From contig JBAZTA010000004.1 of the NCBI GenBank assembly GCA_041662125.1, positions 128,343 through 192,342 on the forward strand: 64,000 nucleotides of DNA, written 5' to 3'. Made by a program: the position numbers and the translations under genes. Every line of letters starts with the position of its first letter. Positions within the stretch are counted from its first letter, which is position 1. The notes below the pieces were generated by a model, which saw only the letters and a program-made list of their open reading frames with translations, did no database searches and was not told where the DNA came from. This document shows, piece by piece, positions 1 to 8,242 of this stretch. This stretch comes from Candidatus Omnitrophota bacterium. Lineage in GTDB: Bacteria > Omnitrophota > Gorgyraeia > Gygaellales > Profunditerraquicolaceae.

Positions 1-1064
1 TCGATTCGGGCGCAGCGTATGTGGCTTCCTCAGACGATGAACAAGCGCAGAAACTCGTTAATAAAAAACAGGATGCTATTATTTTTAAGGTCACGCCTCA
101 GAAAATAAAGATCAATGACCTGATCAGGGGAGAGATCGAGTTTGACGCTGAAACGATCAAAGACCAGGTTTTGATCAAATCAGACGGCACGCCGACTTAT
201 AATTTCGCCTGTGTGGTTGATGACGCGGAAATGAAAATAACCCATGTCATCAGAGGCGATGACCATATTTCCAATACTCCCAAGCAAATACTGCTTTACC
301 GGGCGCTCGGATTTGCGCTGCCGGAATTCGCGCATCTGCCGTTAATATTATCAAAAGAAGGCGGCAGGCTTTCAAAGCGAAAAGGCGCGACTGCGATCTC
401 GGAATACCATGCAATGGGTTACCTTGCCGCGGCGCTGGATAATTATTTGCTGCTTTTGGGATGGTCTCCGGGAGGAAACCGCGAGATCGTCAGTATGGAT
501 GAAGCGATCAAGCTGTATGATCTAAAGAATATCAATAAAACCGCGGCGGTCCTTGACCTGGATAAGCTTGACTGGATGAATAACCAGTATCTAAAGAATG
601 AGGATCCAGAGAAGCTTACCGATGAAGTTATTCCTTCGTTAGTTGAGAAAAAATATATTGAAAAAGAGAATTTTGATAGAAATTATGTCGTTTCTTTGGT
701 AAAATTGTTTCAAGGCAGGCTTACCACGATCAGCGATTTTGCTGATTGGGCTGATTTCTTCTTTGTTCAAGACTTAGCGATTGACCCGGCGGCGCAGGAG
801 AAATTCTTAGCGAAAGACCTCTCAAAAGAATTCAGCCTTTTTATTAAAAGGCTTGAGAGTTTAGAGGTTTACGATATTGCCAATATTGAAGCCGCTTTCC
901 GCGAGATGGCAAAGGAACTGAATCTCGAAGCAAAAGTTTTGATTCATCCGATTAGAGTTGCCCTTACCGGAAAAACCATTGGCCCGGGCCTTTTTGAAGT
1001 TATCTATTATTTAGGTAAAGAGCGGACAAAAGCGCGGCTTGGTAAATTTATAAAAAAGGAGTAG
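1..1064 (+). CDS. gltX: Glutamyl-tRNA synthetase (GluRS), 5'-truncated by the window edge; C-terminal ~347 aa present
   Basis: The ORF is open to position 1. The translation contains class-I aaRS/GluRS hallmarks (HVIRGDDHISNTPKQILLYRALG, LSKRKGA KMSKS-like motif) and an anticodon-binding C-terminal domain. Confidence 0.93.
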   Translation, partial: DSGAAYVASSDDEQAQKLVNKKQDAIIFKVTPQKIKINDLIRGEIEFDAETIKDQVLIKSDGTPTYNFACVVDDAEMKITHVIRGDDHISNTPKQILLYRALGFALPEFAHLPLILSKEGGRLSKRKGATAISEYHAMGYLAAALDNYLLLLGWSPGGNREIVSMDEAIKLYDLKNINKTAAVLDLDKLDWMNNQYLKNEDPEKLTDEVIPSLVEKKYIEKENFDRNYVVSLVKLFQGRLTTISDFADWADFFFVQDLAIDPAAQEKFLAKDLSKEFSLFIKRLESLEVYDIANIEAAFREMAKELNLEAKVLIHPIRVALTGKTIGPGLFEVIYYLGKERTKARLGKFIKKE

Positions 1065-1066
1065 GG

Positions 1067-1246
1067 ATGAAAAAAAAGGGTATTTGCGTCGTTTTGGGCG
1101 TTTTTTACTGCCTGGTGTTGCTGAGCGGGTGTCATACGGTATGCAAGTCGACTAAGGGCGCGGTTGCAGGCGCGAAAGAAGGCGCAAAAGAAGATTGGAA
1201 AGCCACTCAGGAAGCAGACGTCTGGATGAAAAAGAATTTGTGGTAG
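1067..1246 (+). CDS. Small lipoprotein (59 aa), entericidin-like in size and composition
   Basis: ATG at 1067 overlaps the gltX stop. The N-terminal signal peptide ends in the lipobox LLSGC, followed by a short Gly/Ala/Lys-rich tail. It is below the ORF-track cutoff and was translated by hand. Confidence 0.4.
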   Translation: MKKKGICVVLGVFYCLVLLSGCHTVCKSTKGAVAGAKEGAKEDWKATQEADVWMKKNLW

Positions 1247-1614
1247 GGGTTTGAGATCCTGGAACTGACACGGATTATTCCTGTAAGCTATTATAAATGT
1301 TATACCTATGCAAGTTTTCTTCTGGTTGCATAGATTTCCTCGTATTATATCTACTTATATTAGAGTTTTATTTATTTTCATTATAACTGCACCATTTTTA
1401 GATTATATTCATTTTCACTGTTTCTTTCCTTCGGGCATAAGAATTTTGTTTAAATAATAGATTGGCTTTTTTGTTATGGTAGTTAAATGAGGTGTTCTTA
1501 GGCACTCCCATTTTTTCATTTGCAGATAAACTATCGTTTAATGCCTGAAAGCCTTGTTTTGTTTCCAGATGAGCATATAATATTATATATAATCATCGGT
1601 ATGGACAGAATGTT

Positions 1615-1655
1615 CCTACAAAAGAAGATGAATAAAGCTTTGCGAAACTCTCCAG
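1615..1655 (+). repeat. Partial copy of the island upstream module (AAGAAGATGAATAAAGC..GCGAAACTC) preceding ORF 1687
   Basis: Sequence identity to the 3' part of modules at 5001-5135 and 6131-6257. Confidence 0.6.
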
Positions 1656-1686
1656 AGAGCTGAAATAGTGAAGGAAAGAGTAAATT

Positions 1687-2538
1687 ATGAGATGTCCTTT
1701 AGCAAAGAGATGGATAAAAAGGCTATTTAGAGATATGTGTCGAAGTTTCTGTAAGCAAAATAAAATAGAGCGTGTTTATTGGATTGTTGTTTGTATCGCG
1801 ATAATAATATTTGGAATCAATATGGGGTTATTTTGGTTCTCGTTATTTATTAGTGTAGTGGTTATTTTGGGAGGAGCTCTCGCTACAAAAGATAATAAAA
1901 ATGTGGGTTTAATGGTAGCAACCCTTCTTTTTGCTATAGTGACATTCCAGAAACAAAACCAAAACTTTAGTAAGCAATTAGATATGCAATCACAAGCTCT
2001 AAAGAAGCAAATTGACAACTTTGAGCTGTCGAAGAAGAATAGCGAAATACAATATACTCCTGACCTTAGAGCGCTTGTAGAATGTAAAGAAATATATGCT
2101 GGCACTAGAGAGATTAATAAAGCTGGCAGAATGGATGATTCTATAGTAATACCCATAAAGATTTATAATAGAGCTTATGGATATGCCAAGGATGTTACTT
2201 TGGCTATGTGTTATAATCATGGGGGAGAAGATAAAATTCTTAAGATAGATGTTCCTTTTATGAAGGGTGGAGAAAGTTACCAGGTTAGCTTTGCTCCATC
2301 TGTTGACAACGGATTTCGCGAATTGTTTCTGAATAGCACGAAAACATTTAAAGTAAAAATAATACTAGATTGGAAAGATACGTCTGGCAAAAAATATAGG
2401 TCCGTTGAGAATTTTACTTTAACTCATGAAAAGCAGGGTTTAGACGCTTCAGAAAGCTTTATTTTTAAATCTTTAGGATTTTTTAGCAGTTTAGATAATG
2501 ATATCCAAACGATTAATAAGCAAGGCGATAACAGGTAA
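1687..2538 (+). CDS. Hypothetical membrane-anchored protein (283 aa; two N-terminal TM helices and a soluble C-terminal domain)
   Basis: Long ORF in the AT-rich island with a hydrophobic N-terminus; no recognisable catalytic motif. Confidence 0.5.
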   Translation: MRCPLAKRWIKRLFRDMCRSFCKQNKIERVYWIVVCIAIIIFGINMGLFWFSLFISVVVILGGALATKDNKNVGLMVATLLFAIVTFQKQNQNFSKQLDMQSQALKKQIDNFELSKKNSEIQYTPDLRALVECKEIYAGTREINKAGRMDDSIVIPIKIYNRAYGYAKDVTLAMCYNHGGEDKILKIDVPFMKGGESYQVSFAPSVDNGFRELFLNSTKTFKVKIILDWKDTSGKKYRSVENFTLTHEKQGLDASESFIFKSLGFFSSLDNDIQTINKQGDNR

Positions 2539-2610
2539 CAAGACGTTTTATATAACTATCTTAGGGTTAATGAGTTGCTAAATAAATATTTCGTTAGGGA
2601 GGGAAATTGT

Positions 2611-2665
2611 TTTGTAACTGTAGGATCTATGTGAAGATTAACAAATGGTCTAGAAAACTCTGAAG
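2611..2665 (+). repeat. Partial copy of the island upstream module (GAAATTGTTTTGTAACTGTA...TCTAGAAAACTCTGAAG) preceding ORF 2673
   Basis: Matches the central and 3' part of modules at 4771-4890, 5001-5135 and 6131-6257. Confidence 0.55.
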
Positions 2666-2672
2666 GGAAAAC

Positions 2673-3167
2673 ATGAAGAGAGTTGCCGTTTTATTGATAT
2701 TTATGGTATTAATTAGCGGGTGTGCGACTGGATATCATCAACAAGGTTTTACGGGTGGCTATACAGATATGAAATTGCAAGATGATATCTACAAGGTTGG
2801 ATTTAGAGGTAACGGTTATTGTCGTAGAGAGAGAGCGGATAATCTGGCTTTATTAAGGTGTGCTGAAGTCACTCTTAATAACGGTTATCAGTATTTTATA
2901 ATCATTGATGAAAAATCTTTAACACAGGCTAGTGCTTATACGGCTCCAGTGACAGCAAATACTCATGGAACAGTTAATACATATGGAAATCAAGCCATTT
3001 ATTCGGGCACAACTTTATATTCTGGTGGGCAAACCTATATTTATCATAAACCTTCAACAACAAATACAATAAAATGTTTTAAGGATAAACCAGAAAATAT
3101 TCCTGTTATTGTTTATGATGCAGATCAGATAAGGAACAATATTAAGGCTCAATACCATATAAAATAG
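2673..3167 (+). CDS. Hypothetical lipoprotein (164 aa)
   Basis: Signal peptide with lipobox LISGC; Tyr/Gly/Thr-rich mature part. Confidence 0.55.
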   Translation: MKRVAVLLIFMVLISGCATGYHQQGFTGGYTDMKLQDDIYKVGFRGNGYCRRERADNLALLRCAEVTLNNGYQYFIIIDEKSLTQASAYTAPVTANTHGTVNTYGNQAIYSGTTLYSGGQTYIYHKPSTTNTIKCFKDKPENIPVIVYDADQIRNNIKAQYHIK

Positions 3168-3267
3168 CTTCATCTGTATAAAAAGATAAATAGGGGACGT
3201 TCCCCCAGGGTGCGCCCTGTTGATTGGTAATGTGCTCGTAGGGTATGGGTTATGGTAAGGTTGTAAT

Positions 3268-3320
3268 TTAAAAAGATTGCTTCACCCGCCACTAAAGCGT
3301 TGGCGGGTTCGCAATGACAC
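3268..3320 (+). repeat. REP-like intergenic hairpin element, copy 1 (AAAAGATTGCTTC - CCGCCAC..GTTGGCGG stem-loop - GTTCGCAATGACAC)
   Basis: Inverted repeat CCGCCA/TGGCGG; the same flanking boxes recur at 3855-3934 and 3964-4028. Confidence 0.6.
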
Positions 3321-3470
3321 GTATTCGGTTAACAGTGGGAAACAGGTTAACAAGACGTTTTATCTAACCGTATAATTCACAATAAATTCTGAAACAATTC
3401 TTTTGATTGTTGGGGTTCAGGGGAAACGGTACTTTATTATCGATGCTTTAGGAGATAGGAGATTTTAACT

Positions 3471-3833
3471 ATGAGGAACGTGAAAGGATTTACCATGCTT
3501 CTTGGATGGATCGCTGTTGTATATTTTCCCATAATATGTTTATTAAGTATGGTAGGGGGCGCGGGAGGCACCCCGTTTAATATAATAATTTCTATTATCA
3601 TCCTTGAGTGCTCGGGTATCGGGCTTTTTATAACCGGGATTGGCATCATATTATTAAGAAAGTGGGCCTGGTGGTCTACCATGGTACTTGCTCCAGTATT
3701 TACACTTTCCGCGCTATATAGCTTATATGAGGGCATTGGGCTTGGACAATTTTTATTTTTTTATTCCTTCCCAAGCTTGCTTTTTATCCTTCTTTTATTT
3801 CCCGAAATTGAGGAGCAGTTTGTGAGGGAATAA
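3471..3833 (+). CDS. Small polytopic membrane protein (120 aa, about 4 TM helices)
   Basis: Hydrophobic segments throughout; RBS-like GGAGATAGGAG upstream. Confidence 0.45.
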   Translation: MRNVKGFTMLLGWIAVVYFPIICLLSMVGGAGGTPFNIIISIIILECSGIGLFITGIGIILLRKWAWWSTMVLAPVFTLSALYSLYEGIGLGQFLFFYSFPSLLFILLLFPEIEEQFVRE

Positions 3834-3854
3834 TTCAGGGTATACATCATTTAA

Positions 3855-3934
3855 CTTAAAAAGCAGATTCCCGCATAAACAGTAAGTAAACAAGGCCCGC
3901 CACAAAGCGTTGGCGGGCAAGCGGGAATGACAAC
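3855..3934 (+). repeat. REP-like hairpin element, copy 2 (GCCCGCCACAAAGCGTTGGCGGGC stem-loop + GGGAATGACAAC)
   Basis: Near-identical stem-loop to 3283-3305 with the shared GCGTTGGCGGG core. Confidence 0.6.
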
Positions 3935-3963
3935 TCTCAGGTTTTTGCCTTTTTGCTTTTTAC

Positions 3964-4028
3964 TTTAAAAGATTGCTTCCTGCCTACCGGCAGGCAGGCA
4001 CCCCTGCGGGGTTCGCAATGACACGGGG
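3964..4028 (+). repeat. REP-like hairpin element, copy 3 (TTTAAAAGATTGCTTC - CCTGCCTACCGGCAGGCAGG hairpin - GGTTCGCAATGACACG)
   Basis: Shares both flanking boxes with copy 1 but has a different GC-rich palindromic core. Confidence 0.55.
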
Positions 4029-4107
4029 GGAGGCTCCCGAAAGGCGAAGGGATTTTATAGAAGATGAATAAAACTTAATTAATAATTGCAGAACAAGAGG
4101 AGGCGAT

Positions 4108-4572
4108 ATGGCTAAAATAGCTAAATTAACAGTAATGGTTGCTATGTTTGTTTTGGTTTGTATTTATTGCAGTGTATCCGCCGAAACCATCACGAACGAA
4201 TTGCAGGAAGGTAGATACGTGTTAATTATGATGAACGGAAGAGCGATCGTTAATAATCGTGTCCCGGGAATGATATTAGATAGTTATAAAGGTATTGTTT
4301 GGACTTGTCAGAATCTGCAAGATGGCAAGCCTTTATGGGTTAAAACAGACCTTGGTCAAAACGGCGACAAGCAAATGACAAGAAAAAGATACATTGCCAA
4401 GATGCTTGAATGGCAAGATGCAGACTTAAGGATGCCCGCTGTTGTTTTAGATACCGATGATGGGATGGTTTGGAACTGTCCTAATATAGTTGATGGAAAA
4501 GCAACTTGGATTCAAAAAGACCTAAATGTAAATTTTCAAGAAGAGGTAAAAAAAGATGATAAGAAAAACTGA
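4108..4572 (+). CDS. Secreted hypothetical protein (154 aa) with an internal tandem duplication
   Basis: N-terminal signal peptide. Two homologous ~45-aa halves (IVWTCQNLQDGKPLWVKTDLGQNG and MVWNCPNIVDGKATWIQKDLNVNF), each with a conserved Cys. RBS AGGAGG. Confidence 0.5.
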   Translation: MAKIAKLTVMVAMFVLVCIYCSVSAETITNELQEGRYVLIMMNGRAIVNNRVPGMILDSYKGIVWTCQNLQDGKPLWVKTDLGQNGDKQMTRKRYIAKMLEWQDADLRMPAVVLDTDDGMVWNCPNIVDGKATWIQKDLNVNFQEEVKKDDKKN

Positions 4573-4770
4573 TTTGTTTTATTTAATAATGCTATTCTCA
4601 ATATCTATTCTGAACATGAGTTGCGCTTCATCTAATAAAAACTTTAGAGATGCTCCAGGTGTTTTAAAAACAGATACTCGTTCTACTTCTGGAGTTAATA
4701 AGTAAATAGCCTAATTAAATTAGGTGACAGCCACTTTGGGGACAGGCATTTGAGTGGGTTTTGTATCCTA

Positions 4771-4890
4771 GACGCTGTATGTAATTATCAGGGGTTGTTC
4801 GGGTTAAAAGCAATTAATTTGCTGAAGTAAGAAATAATTGTTTTGTAAGTCCAAGAACTATAGGGAGATGGATATAGCGTCTAGAAACTA
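4771..4890 (+). repeat. Island upstream module, copy E1 (~120 nt: ACGCTGTATGTAATTA...GAAATAATTGTTTTGTAA...)
   Basis: About 75-80% identical to 5001-5135 and 6131-6257; sits in tandem with E2 in the 600-nt spacer before ORF 5180. Confidence 0.65.
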
Positions 4891-5000
4891 CTTTGATGAA
4901 GCTAGTAAAATTACTGAAATCTTTGGTATATACTTAGAACATATATCTGGAAAACTCGCTTTCGTGTTTGGTGTACATATCCCGAAAGAAACTTTAGGAA

Positions 5001-5135
5001 TATCGTAAACGCTGTATGTAATTAATAGCGATTATTCGATTTATAAAACAATTACTTTGTTATAATAAAACTAAGAGTTTTGTAACTGTAATATCTATAA
5101 GAAGATGAATAAAGCGACTGCGAAATCTCAGAATT
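5001..5135 (+). repeat. Island upstream module, copy E2 (~135 nt), ending ~45 nt before the start of ORF 5180
   Basis: Collinear with copy F (6131-6257). Contains the mini-ORF ATGAATAAAGCGACTGCGAAATCTCAGAATTTTTAG, which is also present in copy A. Confidence 0.7.
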
Positions 5136-5179
5136 TTTAGAAAATAATAAATAGGCGTGGTTCCTGGTCTATAATTACT

Positions 5180-6112
5180 TTGAGTGGAGGGTCGATGAGC
5201 AAGGGAAAATGGGGGGAAAGTTTCTTAAAATCAGGTTTGCCGCTGGAGTATTTGACACTAATGACTTTTAGATCGCTTGGCTGGCATTGTGATACACATA
5301 TCGAATATGAAAGAAAAAATCGAGAGGGTAATAGTTCTTGGTTTGAGTTGGATTTGATGGCTTCTTATCACAAGAGAAATCAAGATACCGAATTGGCTTT
5401 CTTAGTTGAATGCAAATATCACGATTTAAGTAGGTTTTGGTTTTTTTTACCACATATAAAGTCAAGTTGGCATTTTGATGATAGAGTTCTTAACGTCGGC
5501 CCGTTACAAACATTAGCTAAGCCAAGAAACTCAACTTTTTTAGAGTTTGCTCCAACATCAAGTGGGGGTATAGTTGTGGCAGAAAATGGTTCAAAGCAAG
5601 ATAATGCAGTGTGTACGGCAATTCAGCAGCTTACAAATAGTTTCGTTCCAATCTGTATGTCCACGATGTTTAATTATAATATAGATTTTTACAATGTTAG
5701 AGAGGGGCACGACTTTCAGATATATTCTACGGCACTCATTCCCATGGTTGTTACAAATGCCAAAATTTACAGATTAAAATCCACAGTTACAGATATTGAT
5801 ATAATACGGAAAGCAGCGTCACCAAAAGAAATAGCTGATGAAATCCCGTGGACCTGGTGCTATTTTGATCTACCGATGTCTCAGCTTAACAGCAATTATG
5901 TTTCAATTAATGAGCATGAGAAAAAGGAGAAAGAGTTAATTTGTAGGTATGCTCAGATTAAAAATAGCTTATCAAGGTTTGAGAATCGTCCTAATTGGGT
6001 GCTAATTACAAGCATAATAAATTTACAAAATGTCATTGAGACTATTTCAAACAATTTTATGAAGTTGCCCACAATTGCAATTAATAGTGTTCTTAGAAAT
6101 CATAGACGTTGA
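5180..6112 (+). CDS. Hypothetical protein (310 aa) with an N-terminal PD-(D/E)xK (restriction-endonuclease-like) fold signature
   Basis: The motif ...SWFELDLMASY...(20 aa)...LAFLVECKYHD gives a D ... E-x-K arrangement with spacing typical of PD-(D/E)xK nucleases. The C-terminal ~200 aa are unassigned. Start could alternatively be the ATG at 5195, which has an RBS GGAGGG. Confidence 0.5.
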   Translation: MSGGSMSKGKWGESFLKSGLPLEYLTLMTFRSLGWHCDTHIEYERKNREGNSSWFELDLMASYHKRNQDTELAFLVECKYHDLSRFWFFLPHIKSSWHFDDRVLNVGPLQTLAKPRNSTFLEFAPTSSGGIVVAENGSKQDNAVCTAIQQLTNSFVPICMSTMFNYNIDFYNVREGHDFQIYSTALIPMVVTNAKIYRLKSTVTDIDIIRKAASPKEIADEIPWTWCYFDLPMSQLNSNYVSINEHEKKEKELICRYAQIKNSLSRFENRPNWVLITSIINLQNVIETISNNFMKLPTIAINSVLRNHRR

Positions 6113-6130
6113 AAACCCGGACGTTGAGGA

Positions 6131-6257
6131 TATCGTAGACGTTGCACGTAATTAACAGTGACTATTTGATTTATGAAACAATTACTTTGGTACGGTCAGA
6201 AATAATTGTTTTGTAACTGTATGAATTTTAGGAGATAAATAAAGCGTTTAGGAAACT
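6131..6257 (+). repeat. Island upstream module, copy F (~127 nt), immediately preceding ORF 6258
   Basis: Collinear with E2; the conserved AATAAAGCG...GAAACT box lies just before the ATG. Confidence 0.7.
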
Positions 6258-7661
6258 ATGAAAGCATCTGATTTAAAAGATTGGATAGAAATAATACAAA
6301 GAATAAAAAAGATATGGTCAAGTCCTGCAGGGCTGTTATTGTTGAATATCGTTATTTTATCTGCTTATTATGGCCCCCTAAAATGTTTAATCGGTGATTT
6401 TACTGACTTAATCATCCCAAAATACTCATTGCTCTTTATAAAGACTGCTCCTTTTGTTATTGTTATTTTATTGATAATTACATGGTTGTTAAATAGACGA
6501 TTGCCAAAATTTTCTAATAAAGAACTTGGAATTCTATTCTGTCCATTACTTGAAGAGAAAACAAGCGATGTTGTTGATAGATTAAAAAGAAGTTTACATA
6601 GGGAAATTAAGGAATTTGGTTTAGGCTTAAAGTTAAAAACTTTACCAGCTAATTATGAAATTAATGATACTCCTCGTTCATATCAGATAAGAGAAAAAAC
6701 TAATGCGTATCTTGTAATTTGGGGTAATTTTTGTAAGGGAAACATTAACGAACATAAATCAATAGGGTTTCCTAGGTTATCGTTTACTTTCAAGCAGCCA
6801 CCCATTTTAGTAAATTTAGTGCCACATTTTGGGGTAGATATTGGTCTTGGTATGTTTGGGAAGCATTGGTTTGTTCAGGAGAACAACGATTTTTGGGATA
6901 TTGAAAGTCTATCTAATAATATCACAGAAGCTTCCTTAAATATTCTAGGTAAAATACTTTTACTGGCCGAAGATTTTGATAGGGCAATTGTTATTCTTAC
7001 TCATCTTCTAAATAGCTACTTACTGCCCAAAATAGATTCTAATAAGCCTTTTTTGAAAGAATTTATATTTTCAGTTAAGAGAGCCTTGGGGTATTCTTAT
7101 CGTGGAAAGTCATTAAAAATTTATAGAGAAAACATATTCAATAAAATCGGAGATAAAGAACTGCCTTCTGAAGCAATTAAAAAATGCATGGCTTTAATAA
7201 AATCAGCGATAACGTTAGACTCTAAGAATGCTGACCATTATTTAAGCTCTGGTATCTTAAACTTTCTGTTAGGGAATATGAAAGATGCTATTGATGATAT
7301 AGCTAAAGCGAGAACGTATAATTTTAGAGAGGATGGTGTGTCGCATTTGTCTGGTGGTTTTCTTTATTTTTTCAATGGTAATATGAAAAAAGGCTTAGAA
7401 CAATATCGCCGAGCGTTTAAAAAGGAAATTCCCCCTGTTTCGCTAGTTGAGGTCCTTGTATTCATAAATAAGATTCTTGATAAGTATCCTGAAAAAATAC
7501 AATTGCATTTGGCCCTAGGTATAATTAATAAAGAAAGATATGACCAAAAAATTGCTAAACAGGAACTGAGGTTGTTTATAGAGAAGGCAAAGGCAGCTAA
7601 TGTTTTTAATGAATATATTCCAATTGTAGAAGTGATGCTTCGAGAGCTATCCCCTAATTAA
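6258..7661 (+). CDS. Hypothetical 2-TM membrane protein with a cytoplasmic TPR-like C-terminal region (467 aa)
   Basis: Two hydrophobic helices in the first 80 aa; helical-repeat-like sequence in the C-terminal half; no catalytic motif recognised. Confidence 0.5.
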   Translation: MKASDLKDWIEIIQRIKKIWSSPAGLLLLNIVILSAYYGPLKCLIGDFTDLIIPKYSLLFIKTAPFVIVILLIITWLLNRRLPKFSNKELGILFCPLLEEKTSDVVDRLKRSLHREIKEFGLGLKLKTLPANYEINDTPRSYQIREKTNAYLVIWGNFCKGNINEHKSIGFPRLSFTFKQPPILVNLVPHFGVDIGLGMFGKHWFVQENNDFWDIESLSNNITEASLNILGKILLLAEDFDRAIVILTHLLNSYLLPKIDSNKPFLKEFIFSVKRALGYSYRGKSLKIYRENIFNKIGDKELPSEAIKKCMALIKSAITLDSKNADHYLSSGILNFLLGNMKDAIDDIAKARTYNFREDGVSHLSGGFLYFFNGNMKKGLEQYRRAFKKEIPPVSLVEVLVFINKILDKYPEKIQLHLALGIINKERYDQKIAKQELRLFIEKAKAANVFNEYIPIVEVMLRELSPN

Positions 7662-7688
7662 AAGCTCTGATTCTTTAAGGGTAAAGTT

Positions 7689-7830
7689 TTAGAATTTTAA
7701 TAACTCGATAGGTTTAACTTTTAGAGCTTTGGCAAGTCTTTCAATAGTATTAATTTCTGAAGCGGGAAGAGTTTTTTCCCAGACTTTCTTAATAATACCC
7801 TGCAACCCCGGGGGTAAGTTACAATAGAAG
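7689..7830 (-). pseudogene. Truncated XRE-family HTH remnant (C-terminal helix region only)
   Basis: The minus-strand translation ...GLQGIIKKVWEKTLPASEINTIERLAKALKVKPIELLKF* resembles the C-terminal half of Cro/CI-type HTH_3 domains (L.KLAKAL.V..DELL). No intact N-terminal helix-turn-helix or start codon is present. Confidence 0.3.
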
Positions 7831-7990
7831 TAGATTGATATGTTTTTAGGGGATTGCTTTCAAATCTACCGTCTTCTAAAGTAAATTAGAGGTGGTTCTA
7901 AGAGCTACCTATCCGAATTTAAGAGCTATTAATTTCGCTCTATACCTTAGTAATCCCGGGGACACATCACTTAATTGTCACTGTTTTGGT

Positions 7991-8043
7991 TTAAGACCCG
8001 GTCTTGGCTGGTATTAAAAACTGCTTGTTAAGACCGGGTCTTA
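7991..8043. repeat. Two copies of a 13-15-bp perfect palindrome, TTAAGACCCGGTCTT and TTAAGACCGGGTCTTA
   Basis: The self-complementary GC-rich motif AAGACCSGGTCTT occurs twice within 40 nt; the same motif recurs at 52671-52710. Confidence 0.6.
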
Positions 8044-8148
8044 TTGCTTAGGAAATCATGCTTTACAGCACCCAGTAAATCAGGTATAATTAATTTTCGA
8101 TCCCACTATCACCGCTGCTTATTTACGTCTCAAAGTGTCATAGATTAT

Positions 8149-8220
8149 TGCCCTGTCGTCTAATTGGTAGGACTTCAGATTCTGGATCTGACTATCATGG
8201 TTCGATTCCATGCGGGGCAG
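8149..8220 (+). tRNA. tRNA-Gln (anticodon CUG)
   Basis: Hand-folded cloverleaf: acceptor TGCCCTG/CGGGGCA (U1-A72 as in bacterial tRNA-Gln), D-stem GTCT/GGAC, anticodon stem TCAGA/TCTGA with loop TTCTGGA, T-arm CATGG-TTCGATT-CCATG. Confidence 0.8.
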
Positions 8221-8242
8221 TTCTGCTTCGCCCATCAATAAG

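Noticed and set aside
4700-6260. CRISPR array
   Set aside because: Only three or four degenerate copies with irregular spacing (230, 1130 nt) and ~120-nt repeat length. There are no short unique spacers and no cas genes.
1300-7700. Integron gene-cassette array (attC sites) as the explanation for the inter-ORF repeats
   Set aside because: A repeat copy precedes the first ORF and none follows the last ORF, which is the opposite of what 3' attC sites predict. No GTTRRRY / RYYYAAC core pairs were found at the module ends, and no intI-like integrase is adjacent. The modules behave as 5' promoter/leader units instead.
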